64,000 nt of DNA from an uncultured Gilliamella sp. (GTDB taxonomy: Bacteria; Pseudomonadota; Gammaproteobacteria; Enterobacterales; Orbaceae), in contig CAMLPV010000011.1 of the NCBI GenBank assembly GCA_946482005.1, forward strand, positions 7,276 to 71,275, in the 5' to 3' direction. Under the pieces are notes generated by a model, which was given only the letters and a program-made list of their open reading frames with translations, was not told the origin of the DNA and searched no databases. Positions 21,710-33,167 of this stretch are shown in pieces. The position numbers and the translations under genes are program-made. Position 1 is the first letter of the stretch; each line of letters begins with the position of its first letter.

Positions 21710-23299
21710 TCAGTTATTAACTCTTAATCCCATTATATCGTTAACTTTATCTTTTGGATAAGTCAGTTTGAAGCTTAAATTAAGTTTTTTAGTCTCATTC
21801 GGATTCAAATCAAACTTCCATTTTATTAATCCTGTTTTTTTATCATAACTTGCGCCGGTATACTTAATATCATCAAGTGTTACAATTTTATTGATAATAA
21901 CTGGGATCTGATCATAGACAACTAAATTTATTGGCATCGACTTGCCATTTTTTACATCAATCGTATAGGCATATCTTCGTGAAACATCATTACCCACCGA
22001 CACAGGTTTTAAGGATTCACTATTATCTCGATAGCGTGAAAGTGAAATATTTTTATCTTTACCTAAATAAAGATCTAGAGTCTCTTCAGCAAATATTGTA
22101 TTAATAAAGCTTTTACCTATATATTTACCATTAAAAAATATTGATGATTGACCGGGTAATAAATTAAGTTTATCCCAATCTGCAATTTGTGCTTCCAAAT
22201 AAACGCTATTACCCATTTTTGGTGTTGCCACATAATGATATTGGGCTTTCACTTCTTTATCTTGTAATGTTAATAGGTCACTTTGATTGTTTGTTTTAAT
22301 GGTATATGGCAAATTAACTTCAAACTGAGTAGTCACACCCAACTCATTAGGAAAATCTTCATCCGATGGTCTTCTCGATCTTGATTCTTTTTCGCTCTTT
22401 TCATCATAACCAATTTTAGAAAAAAAGAACCCACCTTTTTCTGAATAAGTGTCAATATGCCATAACCATAATTCCGGTGACTTTAGGTTATCTGTAGGTA
22501 GAGACGTTGACAAGCTAAAATTAATATCTTTCCAATCTATACCGCTATTTTGGTAAATATCAGCTTTATAGGTTAAATGTAATGGAGAATCAATATCTTT
22601 AACGTGAATATCATAAACAGGCTTCCAACCTGCGTTTTTAGTTATATAAGAAAGCGTAACGGGTAATGTAATATCATTTTGAGCATGAACTTTTACGACA
22701 ACAGCACTAACTAAAGCCTCTTGAGCTTGCTTTTGTTTGTCGATTTTAGCTTGGTATTCAGTTATCTGAAAGGTTAATTGTTCAATTTCTTGTTGTAACT
22801 GATATTGTTCATCTAATGCAATAACTAAATTAGTTTTGATAAAATCCATCACTTTTTTTAATTGAGCTAAATCATCATTATCAATTTTAGTTAATTTTTC
22901 TAATCGATTGCCTTTCAAAAGTTCAATTTGCTCATTTACAGCTTTTAACTGAATTATAGTTGTATTAAGTTTATTTTGTAATTGTAACAATTGTTGTTCT
23001 AACGCATTAATTTCACTGTTATTTTCATTAGTTTTTGGATGCTTTTCGTCTAATGATACGGATAATATTTTTACGTTACTATTAACATCAAATCCAACAT
23101 TTATAGAGTATGGATTAATACCATCTGCAATTCCAGTTAAAACTATTTCACTTTCACCTTTCTTTAGTGATACCATTGATTGACCTTGTAATTCGGCACC
23201 TTGTAAAAATAAAGTCACTTTATTTAAAGTGATATTATTATCGGCAAAAACACTACCTGAAACTAATGCAATTAAAAAAACTATTTTTTGAATTTTCAT
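21710..23299 (-). CDS. DUF4139/DUF4140 family exported protein
   Basis: Signal peptide, VTLFLQGA, coiled coil, AGWKPVYD, QNSGIDW, DQIPV. Confidence 0.8.
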   Translation of the reverse strand: MKIQKIVFLIALVSGSVFADNNITLNKVTLFLQGAELQGQSMVSLKKGESEIVLTGIADGINPYSINVGFDVNSNVKILSVSLDEKHPKTNENNSEINALEQQLLQLQNKLNTTIIQLKAVNEQIELLKGNRLEKLTKIDNDDLAQLKKVMDFIKTNLVIALDEQYQLQQEIEQLTFQITEYQAKIDKQKQAQEALVSAVVVKVHAQNDITLPVTLSYITKNAGWKPVYDIHVKDIDSPLHLTYKADIYQNSGIDWKDINFSLSTSLPTDNLKSPELWLWHIDTYSEKGGFFFSKIGYDEKSEKESRSRRPSDEDFPNELGVTTQFEVNLPYTIKTNNQSDLLTLQDKEVKAQYHYVATPKMGNSVYLEAQIADWDKLNLLPGQSSIFFNGKYIGKSFINTIFAEETLDLYLGKDKNISLSRYRDNSESLKPVSVGNDVSRRYAYTIDVKNGKSMPINLVVYDQIPVIINKIVTLDDIKYTGASYDKKTGLIKWKFDLNPNETKKLNLSFKLTYPKDKVNDIMGLRVNN

Positions 23300-23532
23300 A
23301 CTGTCCCTTTTTAATAATTCTATATTTTAATTAGCTAAATATATTCATGTTATAAACATGTCTGTATCGCATATCTATCCATGATAACTGTGCTTAAAAT
23401 AGTATTGGCTATTTCTGCTTAAATTTCCATAAAATTTAATTTTGTGTTAAATAAAAAATTAATTTAGTTTTATATATTGAACATTTAATTAAAAAAATGT
23501 ATATTTTGTTAAAAATAAAAAACAAAGTATAA

Positions 23533-24777
<1,245 letters not shown>

Positions 24778-24779
24778 AT

Positions 24780-25469
24780 ATGAATAAATTAAATCAACTT
24801 ATAATATTTATTGGACGAAACAAATTCTATCCACTTTTTTGCATAATATGTGTAACATTGGCCTTTTTATACACCGACCCATTTAGTCAATTTAATCTTC
24901 GTTATACCATTTCCTATATTGGCGCTTTTTGTGGATTGATCTGTGTAATATTATTGGCCAAACGTAAAAATATGGGAAATGTGATGGGCATGTTAGCTAA
25001 TGTTGCTGAATGCTCTGCTAACTTTCTTAATGGTAATATTGGTGCAGGCCTACCGAGTATTTGCTATTTTGGTTCACACATTTATGGCTTAATTAATTGG
25101 CAAAAAAATCAAGATAACAATAAAAATGTTAAAGCCAGAACCTTGAGTGAAAGTAATTTTTTATGTGCCATTATCGCCCTTATTGCAGCAGTATTTTTAA
25201 ATATTTATATCACTGAATCGCTTGAAGTCAACAATAGTAGTTATCAGCTTATAACTAACTGCTTTATCTTTGGATTAGGGATTGTTGCCCAATTATTGTT
25301 GATGATGCGTTACTCATTCAATTGGTATTTTTGGGTGATATTAAATGTGTTGGTAATTGGTCTTAATATTTATACAGATAACATCGTTATTGCTGCACAA
25401 TATTTAATTTATCTATTTAATGCAATTTATGGTATTTGTGAGTGGAGAAATTCCGAACAAACACAATAA
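24780..25469 (+). CDS. pnuC: Nicotinamide riboside transporter PnuC family
   Basis: Multi-TM, YGLINW and YGICEW motifs, coupled to nadR. Confidence 0.8.
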   Translation: MNKLNQLIIFIGRNKFYPLFCIICVTLAFLYTDPFSQFNLRYTISYIGAFCGLICVILLAKRKNMGNVMGMLANVAECSANFLNGNIGAGLPSICYFGSHIYGLINWQKNQDNNKNVKARTLSESNFLCAIIALIAAVFLNIYITESLEVNNSSYQLITNCFIFGLGIVAQLLLMMRYSFNWYFWVILNVLVIGLNIYTDNIVIAAQYLIYLFNAIYGICEWRNSEQTQ

Positions 25470-25513
25470 ATATGTCTGTCAAAAAGTTTCAGGTAATGCA
25501 TACGTTTCAGTAA

Positions 25514-25546
25514 AAAATTATCCATGCTGCTTGCATGGATAATTTT
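25514..25546. terminator. Probable bidirectional terminator between pnuC and pcm
   Basis: aaaattatccatgc-tgctt-gcatggataatttt. Confidence 0.7.
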
Positions 25547-25831
25547 ATATCTATTTAATGATATTTAAAAATTAATAATCGAAAGATTTCACCAGCCAAC
25601 AATCAAAATTTTTTAATTAAATAGTTATCACTTTTGTTGCCATTGCTATAAAGACAGGTACCCATGAGTATGGTGGATAATATTCAAAAGAAAATCAGCA
25701 AAATCTAATCAATCACTATTTGTTTATATTATTAAAAGTAACAAAACACAGTAATATAAAATCAGTCAAAAAATACTGAGTATTCAATCTTAAATATTAA
25801 CGAGCACATTAAAGTTATTAATAAGGCTTTG

Positions 25832-26461
25832 TTATTCAATATCGCCTTTAATAAGTGGGACAAATTTAACATCTTCGACATTTTTTACAATAAAACCGTC
25901 ACCACTGCGTTTTATTAATTGAAGAACTTGATTGTCTTCATCACCAACAGGGATGACTAAGCGCCCTTTATTCGCTAACTGATCTAAAAGACTTTGTGGT
26001 ACCTGTGTTGCAGCAGCAGTGACAATAATACCATCAAATGGACCACGTTCAGGCCATCCTAACCAACCATCTCCATGTCGAGTAGAAATATTGTGAATGT
26101 CTAATTGTTTTAAACGACGTTTAGTATTCCATTGTAAACTTTTAATTCTTTCAACCGAACAAACGTGGTTGACTAATTTGGCTAAAATTGCCGTTTGATA
26201 ACCAGATCCAGTTCCAATTTCAAGCACTTTTGAATTAGGTTCTAAACGTAATAACTCGGTCATCTTTGCAACGATATAAGGTTGTGAAATGGTTTGCCCA
26301 CTCCCTATCGGTAAAGAACAGTTATCATAAGCCTGATGGGATAGTGCCTCGTCGATAAAGTGTTCTCGTGGTATAGAGGCAAAAGCTGTTAAGACACGCT
26401 CATCTTTGATTCCCTGCTGACGCAATAATTTAATTAGAGACTGCATTTTTAAACTTTGCAT
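25832..26461 (-). CDS. pcm: Protein-L-isoaspartate O-methyltransferase
   Basis: [22 protein letters not shown]. Confidence 0.96.
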   Translation of the reverse strand: MQSLKMQSLIKLLRQQGIKDERVLTAFASIPREHFIDEALSHQAYDNCSLPIGSGQTISQPYIVAKMTELLRLEPNSKVLEIGTGSGYQTAILAKLVNHVCSVERIKSLQWNTKRRLKQLDIHNISTRHGDGWLGWPERGPFDGIIVTAAATQVPQSLLDQLANKGRLVIPVGDEDNQVLQLIKRSGDGFIVKNVEDVKFVPLIKGDIE

Positions 26462-26466
26462 ATGTA

Positions 26467-27489
26467 TTACTCATTTCCTATTATCAATTCACGTATCACA
26501 CTTGTGGCGTAACATCCTGACGGTAAATAAAAACGCATAGTAAGACTATTATCATTCAACCATTGCCAGTTAAGTTCTAAAGGATAGACCACTATAGAGC
26601 GTCTTGCAGTTTCAATACGCTCTTTTTTAAATAATTCAAGAAAAGTCATCCAATTTTTTAAACAATTTTGCTCAAATTCAAGTGCTTGAGACATTGTTCC
26701 TAGTGGAGAATCGCCCAGCATAGGTGCAGTAATGGTAATTTCACGATTTTCTAAACGGTGTTGCAATAAATCCAGCTCTTCTGTTTTTGCAACAAACCAA
26801 CTTCCACGCCCAGCAAGTTGTAATATATCACCATCAAGTGCGGTACGATGCAAATTTTCTGCAATACGTTGACTAACAATATCATTAAAAATCGCACTAC
26901 GTGCTGCTGAAAGGTAAAAACTGCGTTTTTTACGATCTTTAACGGAAATCTCGCCATTTGCCCATTTGATAGCTTGAGTGATATTATTTTGTTCGCGACC
27001 AAAACGCTGTTCGCCAAAATAATTGGGCACCCCATTTTCTTTAATTAACGCTAATTTAGTCTCAATCCCTGATTTATCACTTAGCATTTTCAATGTAATA
27101 TCAAAATAGTTGCCTTTCAAAGCCCCTATTTTTAATTTTTTATTATGTCGTGTAATTTTTAAAATTTCACATCCGTCTAAATTAAAATCCGAAAAATCAG
27201 GTGTTGCTTGACCTGGCATATGTAAACTAAACCACTGACGAGTGACCGCTTGGCGATCTTTTAATCCTGCATAACTGACTAACTTAGCTGAAATACCCAC
27301 ATATTTAGCTAATTGCTCAGCAACAAATATCGTATTACAATCACGTTTTTGAAGATAAACCAAGACGTGTTCACCATCACCGGTTAGCTCAAATCCAAGA
27401 TCTTCAGTAACAATAAAATCTTCATATTGTTGTTTATATTGTCCTGTTACTGTTGGTTTACCATAAAAATAATTCAGTTCTGTTAACAC
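26467..27489 (-). CDS. truD: tRNA pseudouridine(13) synthase
   Basis: [24 protein letters not shown]. Confidence 0.95.
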   Translation of the reverse strand: MLTELNYFYGKPTVTGQYKQQYEDFIVTEDLGFELTGDGEHVLVYLQKRDCNTIFVAEQLAKYVGISAKLVSYAGLKDRQAVTRQWFSLHMPGQATPDFSDFNLDGCEILKITRHNKKLKIGALKGNYFDITLKMLSDKSGIETKLALIKENGVPNYFGEQRFGREQNNITQAIKWANGEISVKDRKKRSFYLSAARSAIFNDIVSQRIAENLHRTALDGDILQLAGRGSWFVAKTEELDLLQHRLENREITITAPMLGDSPLGTMSQALEFEQNCLKNWMTFLELFKKERIETARRSIVVYPLELNWQWLNDNSLTMRFYLPSGCYATSVIRELIIGNE

Positions 27490-27510
27490 GAATGCTACCT
27501 ATCTTTTGAT

Positions 27511-28014
27511 TTAATTGACTTTAGCTATTTTAGTAAGTAATACGACTGCTTCACAGGCTATACCCTCTTTACGCCCGGTAAAACCTAATTGTTCTGTAGT
27601 GGTTGCTTTGACACTAATTTGATCAAAGTGAACATTAAGATCTTCAGCAATATTAACTCGCATTTGATCGACATGCCCACGCATTTTAGGCTCTTGAGCA
27701 ATAATAGTCGTATCTAAATTAACAAGTTCATAACCTTTGTTTTGAATAATGCTATAAACTTTTCTTAATAATATTCGGCTATCAATTCCTTTATATTGAG
27801 GATCGTTATCAGGAAAAAGTTTACCAATATCTCCTAACGCTAATGCACCAATTAACGCATCAGTTATGGCATGTAATACCACATCCCCATCGGAATGAGC
27901 AACCAGACCATATTGATAAGGAATTTTCACTCCTCCAAGCGTTATGGGGCCTTCCCCTCCAAATTTATGAACATCAAATCCATGACCTATTCGCATAATT
28001 CTACCTATAATCAT
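27511..28014 (-). CDS. ispF: MECDP synthase
   Basis: [21 protein letters not shown]; true start may be the internal MRIG. Confidence 0.96.
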   Translation of the reverse strand: MIIGRIMRIGHGFDVHKFGGEGPITLGGVKIPYQYGLVAHSDGDVVLHAITDALIGALALGDIGKLFPDNDPQYKGIDSRILLRKVYSIIQNKGYELVNLDTTIIAQEPKMRGHVDQMRVNIAEDLNVHFDQISVKATTTEQLGFTGRKEGIACEAVVLLTKIAKVN

Positions 28015-28704
28015 TTATGTAGTTAAATAAAAAGTGGCCAACGCTAAGTCCTCAGGTCGAGTAATTTTGATATTATCGCGGCGACATTCAACCAATAATG
28101 GATGCCCACCACAATATTCAATGGCAGAAGCTTCGTCAGTAATTGTCATATGATTATCTAAAGCCTGCTGCAAACATGATTTTAGTTCATTTGCTTTAAA
28201 TAACTGTGGCGTTGCTGCTGCCCATAAATAATTTCTATCTTCGGAGCATTCAATAATATTATCATTATTTTGATAAGCACGCTTTATGGTATCGCTGACG
28301 CGAGTAGCTAAAATACCGCCTTGTTGTGCATTGAGTACAATATCAATTAATTGTGTTATATCATCATGACAAACACAAGGTCTTGCTGCGTCATGAACCA
28401 GCGCCCATTGATTATCATTTAATAAATGCAAACCCGCTAATACCGACTCGGCACGGGTTTCTCCGCCTATAGTGACTTTTATCTTATCATGCAAAGCAAT
28501 TGCAAGCGTTTTAAATATTACATCTTCACGATTAATAACGACAATCACCTGTGTAATTTTAGGATGCGATAATAGCTTATTTAAAGTGTGCTCAATGACC
28601 GTCATGGAGCCAATTTTCAAATATTGTTTTGGTATTTGATTATTCATACGGCAACCGATGCCAGCTGCTGGAACAATTGCGACAATATTACTGGTACTAT
28701 TCAC
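28015..28704 (-). CDS. ispD: MEP cytidylyltransferase
   Basis: PAAGIGCRM, PKQY, VHDAARP, NIKIT. Confidence 0.95.
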   Translation of the reverse strand: MNSTSNIVAIVPAAGIGCRMNNQIPKQYLKIGSMTVIEHTLNKLLSHPKITQVIVVINREDVIFKTLAIALHDKIKVTIGGETRAESVLAGLHLLNDNQWALVHDAARPCVCHDDITQLIDIVLNAQQGGILATRVSDTIKRAYQNNDNIIECSEDRNYLWAAATPQLFKANELKSCLQQALDNHMTITDEASAIEYCGGHPLLVECRRDNIKITRPEDLALATFYLTT

Positions 28705-28712
28705 GTTACGCC

Positions 28713-29009
28713 TTATTGAGATTGCGGGTTGGGATCTTTAATAATTCGATAGAAATATTCATTCGGTTTTACCATACCTAAATGGTTGCGCGCACGCTCT
28801 TCTATCGCTTCAGAACCTTGCTGCAAACTATTAATCTCGGCAAACATCTGTTCATTACGATCTTTTAATCGTGCATTTTGCTCATGAAGATCAGCCAACA
28901 CTTGTAGATTATCTTGGTAATCATAAATATTATTTTTGCCATACCATAGCGAGTATTGCAAATAACCAAGCACAAGAAGTAAAATTAAAGGCAATTTCCA
29001 TCTAATCAT
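28713..29009 (-). CDS. ftsB: Cell division protein FtsB
   Basis: LQYSLWYGK, EAIEERARNHLGM; ftsB-ispD-ispF-truD order. Confidence 0.93.
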   Translation of the reverse strand: MIRWKLPLILLLVLGYLQYSLWYGKNNIYDYQDNLQVLADLHEQNARLKDRNEQMFAEINSLQQGSEAIEERARNHLGMVKPNEYFYRIIKDPNPQSQ

Positions 29010-29030
29010 GAGATTATTCTATTCGCTTAT

Positions 29031-29360
29031 TTAGATACATTTAACGGGTTTTGGTAAGCCTGCAAGTTTAGTTGCTTGTTTAGCAGGACCATCAGGAAAT
29101 AATTTATATAAATAACGACTACTACCCTTTTCTACACCAAATTTTTTTTCCATCGCTTTAACTAATGCTCTAATCGCTGGCGATGTCTTATACTCTAAAT
29201 AAAAATCACGGACAAATAAAATCACTTCCCAATGTGCATCAGTTAATTCGATAGACTCCTTTTTTGCCAATAAAGGAACCAAATCAACAGTCCAATCCTG
29301 CCAATTTTTTAAATAACCATTATCATCAGTTTGTATTTGCTCTAACATTTTTGTAAACAC
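29031..29360 (-). CDS. tusE: Sulfurtransferase TusE (DsrC family)
   Basis: [17 protein letters not shown]-terminal GLPKPVKCI. Confidence 0.93.
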   Translation of the reverse strand: MFTKMLEQIQTDDNGYLKNWQDWTVDLVPLLAKKESIELTDAHWEVILFVRDFYLEYKTSPAIRALVKAMEKKFGVEKGSSRYLYKLFPDGPAKQATKLAGLPKPVKCI

Positions 29361-29540
29361 GCATTTTTATTTGTGCCATATTATACCCGTTAAAATAAAT
29401 TCCAACACTATTTTGATAGTGAAAGCGCCATATTTACACTAATTATGGCCAGATTTGATGAAAATTAAAGCAAACAATCAAAAAATTTAAAATACCTATT
29501 TACAAATAAGTAAGTCTACTTTAATATGCACAGCCATTGC

Positions 29541-29628
29541 GGAAGTGTGGCTGAGCGGTTGAAAGCACCGGTCTTGAAAACCGGCGAGGGGCGACCCTCC
29601 CAGAGTTCGAATCTCTGCGCTTCCGCCA
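29541..29628 (+). tRNA. tRNA-Ser (anticodon TGA)
   Basis: GGAAGTGTGGCTGAGCGG..GTCTTGAAAACC..long variable arm..GTTCGAATCTCTGCGCTTCCGCCA. Confidence 0.97.
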
Positions 29629-29890
29629 TCTATTTTTTGTGGCGGGTTCCACAGCAATCCAGAGAAATTCATTTTGACCTTTGTCATAAAGGGTTTAAGT
29701 GAATTTTTTTTTGCTTTCATTTTTATTATTCATTCCATACTTATCCAGAGTAATCCATTTCAATCCACGCTTAGAACGTCCATCAAAACGTCCAATGAAA
29801 AATACTCGAACTGTTTTGTATTTTTTATTAAATGCGCCTATCTCGTTCTACATAATTCAACGCATTAAAAAAATGTTGGGGGGATTATTC

Positions 29891-30222
29891 ATGGCAAGGC
29901 TAATTGAAAAACTGAAAACTTTATCTGTGAAAAAAATAAATAAAGCAGGTGATTATAGCGATGGTGCAGGACTTTGGCTTCGCGTTAGTCATGAGGGAGC
30001 TGAATCTTGGATGTTTCGCTTTAGCTTTGAAAAAAAGAACATAAAATGGGACTTGGTGCTACACATACTGTTTCTTTGTTAGAAGCAAGAGAAGAAGCGC
30101 GCAACTGTCGAAAGTTGTTAAGAGAAAAGATCAATCCACTGCAAAAACGCCAAAAAACTGTTATTTAGGAGAAAATTGAAAGAGACAGCTAAAAAACATT
30201 TGCTGAATGTGCTCATCAATAT
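29891..30222 (+). pseudogene. P4-like tyrosine integrase relic (arm-binding N-terminus only)
   Basis: MARLIEKL..YSDGAGLWLRV..SWMFRF, frameshift, then MGLGATHTVSLLEAREEAR..INP, stops, TFAECAHQY. Confidence 0.85.
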
Positions 30223-30511
30223 GGCGAGATATTTATTTAGCTTGTTAATTAGTAGTCTCGGAATTTATATTAAGTAATGTAGCGAGTGTAAGTTCTCTAG
30301 GGTAGTAAAACATCTGTTTGATTCGATTGAACGGAGCTAGAAGTAGCAGAGAAATTCTAATCATTCTCTGCAATCGGTGTAGTTTTACTCTTCTAGACCT
30401 TGTTTATTGCATTTATCAATTAAATCAGCTCATTTTTGCTTCATAACGTGGTGGTGTTCTGTATATTTCACACGATTATGAGTCTCCCTGACTTTGTTGC
30501 AGACATATAAA

Positions 30512-31579
30512 TCACTTGTTTTTTAAAGCCATTTCAACAAAATTAGCTACTCGTTGAGCATCATTGACACTTCCATAAATTAGTTCTGATGCACGACAAC
30601 TTAACCATTTTTTTCCAACAATAAATAAGTCGGGATAAGGAGTCTTACCTCCAGCATTATGTCCAACTTGACAAATAAACCCGTCTGAATTGGAAGAATG
30701 AGGAATAGTCAACCAATCTGTATCTTCTTTATATCCTAGGCTCCAAATAACAATATGTGGTTCACAGTTTTCGCCACTTTCGGAAATTAACTTTTTACCA
30801 TCTACGCTAGTAAGTTTAGAATAAAGCCTAACTCCTTTTTTATTCAGAATTTTATTGGTAATATCGTTACAAGGTATTAAATTTCGTTTCCTAAGCCAAC
30901 GACCTATAATGCTTCGAGAGTCAGAATTTAAAATAGACAATTTTTTTAATAAAATTAATGTGTTTATTCCAAACAGTTCCTGGGGAGCAAATGGACGAGG
31001 AGAGCCACAAAACAAAGTTACATTATGTGTTTCAGCTAACTCTTTAGCAACTTGACGACCACCAGAACCATCACCAATTATTGCAATATTTTTTGAAGAC
31101 AGTTGTTTTGGATTTTGATACTGATCTATTGTCAGCTGCTGTATCTCTGCTGGAATATCTCTGGAAATATCAAGAACATTAACTTTCTGATTTGCCCCTG
31201 TTGCATTGACCAAACACTTTGCTTGAAAAGTTTCTCCATCTTGAGTTTTTAAAGAATAAATTTGATCATTATATTCTACAGAATATACATTTTTATTTAG
31301 CAATACATGTAATTTGTTATGTTGAGCGTAAAACTCTAAGTAATCAGCCATTTCATGCTTATCTGGATACCCTTTTTGATCTCCAGCCATAATTAAACCT
31401 GGTAGCTGATTCATTGCTCTTGGTGTAAACAACCGCATACTATCTGGTCGTCTACGCCAGACGTCTCCTATACGTTCATCTCTTTCTAATATAAGAACAG
31501 TGATATTTTTTTTAGTCAGAAATGATGCTAAACACAGTCCAGCTTGTCCAGCACCAATGATTACACAGTCGTAAGTCAT
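30512..31579 (-). CDS. FAD/NAD(P)-dependent oxidoreductase (flavin monooxygenase/CzcO-like)
   Basis: IIGAGQAG, GDVWRRR.DSMRLFTP, ATG motif, second dinucleotide motif IIGDGSGG. Confidence 0.8.
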   Translation of the reverse strand: MTYDCVIIGAGQAGLCLASFLTKKNITVLILERDERIGDVWRRRPDSMRLFTPRAMNQLPGLIMAGDQKGYPDKHEMADYLEFYAQHNKLHVLLNKNVYSVEYNDQIYSLKTQDGETFQAKCLVNATGANQKVNVLDISRDIPAEIQQLTIDQYQNPKQLSSKNIAIIGDGSGGRQVAKELAETHNVTLFCGSPRPFAPQELFGINTLILLKKLSILNSDSRSIIGRWLRKRNLIPCNDITNKILNKKGVRLYSKLTSVDGKKLISESGENCEPHIVIWSLGYKEDTDWLTIPHSSNSDGFICQVGHNAGGKTPYPDLFIVGKKWLSCRASELIYGSVNDAQRVANFVEMALKNK

Positions 31580-31815
31580 GAATTTTATCCTCTAATTGAA
31601 TAAACTAGCTATATTAGATCTCTCATTCTTTTTTTTAAATAAAAATAATTGTCAAAGAATAAATAACTATTTGAAATATAGAGAGTTAAATAAATCAATT
31701 ATTTTTTTTATAAAATGAAGTTAGCTTATTTGTTCAAGACAATATTACTTACCCATTTATACAATGCCATTAACTTTTCACAATCTAATAACCAAACAAG
31801 AGATGAAGTAACATA

Positions 31816-31923
31816 ATGGAAAATAATAAGGAAATGGCTATGTCTGTGAATTTTTTACTCGGTTGTGGGGGTAATTATATTACGGGTCAAACTCTAGTTA
31901 TTGATGGTGGAATGTCTGCTTAA
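31816..31923 (+). pseudogene. SDR (FabG-like) C-terminal stump fused to a start codon
   Basis: MENNKEMAMSVNFLLGCGGNYITGQTLVIDGGMSA*; YITGQTLVIDGG is the SDR C-terminal signature. Confidence 0.75.
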
Positions 31924-31979
31924 TGAAACAGCATTTGTGATGCTGTTCATAGAAGCAATGATTAAAATGAAAGATGTAA

Positions 31980-33167
31980 ATGGAGTGTACGATGGAAAAC
32001 AACACCGATGGCCGACAATTCAATGGTTTAACACGATATAAAAAATTGATTATTTTATCTGTTATTTTCCTAGTTTCAGGGATAGGATACTTCATTTTTT
32101 GGTACATGTTTTCTCGGTTTACACAATCTACAGATAATGCGTATGTTATGGGAAATCAAATTCCAATTCATACTCAAATAAGCGGAGGAATCTCCTCCAT
32201 TTACGTTGATGATAATGACTTTGTGAGAAAAAAAGATGTTATCGCTCAATTAGAATCAATTGATGCTGAAAATAATTTTAGTTATGCAAAAAATGAATTA
32301 GCCAAGGTAATAAGAGAAATTCAACAGATCCAAATGACAACTGAAAAATTGTCAGCAAGTATTCAATTAAAGCAAGCGACATTAGATAAATTAGAAAAAG
32401 ATTTAGCTCGGAGAGAAGGCCTTTGGTCTCGTAATGCTATTTCAAAAGAAGAAATAGAGCATGCTAGGCAAGATGTATTAATTGCGTTAAATGACTTAAA
32501 AATTTCTAAGCAAGAGTTAGAAATTAATAATGCCCTATTAATGCAGAATTCATTATTAGAACAACCACGTATTCAGCAAGCTATTTCTAAACTAAAGGAA
32601 GCTTGGCTTAACTTAAAACGAGTAACAATTGTTTCCCCTGTCACTGGATATGTTTCGAGGCGCCAAGTCCAAGTTGGAACACAGGTTAATAGAGGAGAAC
32701 GATTATTAGTTATTGTTCCTTTGGATCAAGTTTGGGTAGAAGCTAACTTTAAAGAAGTCCAATTAAAACACATTCGAATAGGACAAAAAGTTAAGTTAAC
32801 TAGTGATTTTTATGGAGATGATATTAAATTCGACGGGGTGATTACAGGAATTGCTATGGGAACGGGAAGTGCATTTTCGTTATTACCAGCACAAAATGCA
32901 ACAGGAAATTGGATTAAAGTAGTTCAGCGTTTACCTGTTCGTATTGAATTGAATAAAGAGCAAATTAAGGAATATCCATTACGGGTAGGGTTATCTATGT
33001 ATGTAACAGTGGATACCAGTGATGTAAGTGGAAAATTACTTACTGATATTTCACCTCAAGAAATTAAATATCAAACAGATGTACTTGCTTACGACTTAGA
33101 TGAATTCGAGCAACTAGTACGAGAAATTATGCAAAATAACTTAATTTTAGAGAGTAATATTCAGTGA
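31980..33167 (+). CDS. EmrA/EmrK-family efflux membrane fusion protein
   Basis: STDNAYV, WVEANFKE, FSLLPAQNATGNWIKVVQRLPV. Confidence 0.92.
   Translation: MECTMENNTDGRQFNGLTRYKKLIILSVIFLVSGIGYFIFWYMFSRFTQSTDNAYVMGNQIPIHTQISGGISSIYVDDNDFVRKKDVIAQLESIDAENNFSYAKNELAKVIREIQQIQMTTEKLSASIQLKQATLDKLEKDLARREGLWSRNAISKEEIEHARQDVLIALNDLKISKQELEINNALLMQNSLLEQPRIQQAISKLKEAWLNLKRVTIVSPVTGYVSRRQVQVGTQVNRGERLLVIVPLDQVWVEANFKEVQLKHIRIGQKVKLTSDFYGDDIKFDGVITGIAMGTGSAFSLLPAQNATGNWIKVVQRLPVRIELNKEQIKEYPLRVGLSMYVTVDTSDVSGKLLTDISPQEIKYQTDVLAYDLDEFEQLVREIMQNNLILESNIQ

Noticed and set aside
23330-23430. Patchy similarity to the recD 5' region (21630-21680), suggesting a third duplication scar
   Set aside because: Short, gapped, AT-rich matches that cannot be separated from chance.
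23460-23530. NadR box upstream of nadR
   Set aside because: Only a loose match to a TGTTTA..TAAACA-type inverted repeat in very AT-rich DNA.
25548-25560. 13-mer tatctatttaatg repeated from the pnuC 3' region
   Set aside because: Too short and AT-rich to support a duplication.
29496-29868. Short ORFs 29496-29720(-) and 29674-29868(+), and the N-terminal extension of 29699-30082
   Set aside because: They overlap the tRNA and att region; only the part from ATG 29891 resembles an integrase.
30230-30506. Possible decayed gene downstream of the FMO-like oxidoreductase
   Set aside because: An ATG follows the FMO stop, but the frame has many stops and no recognisable family.
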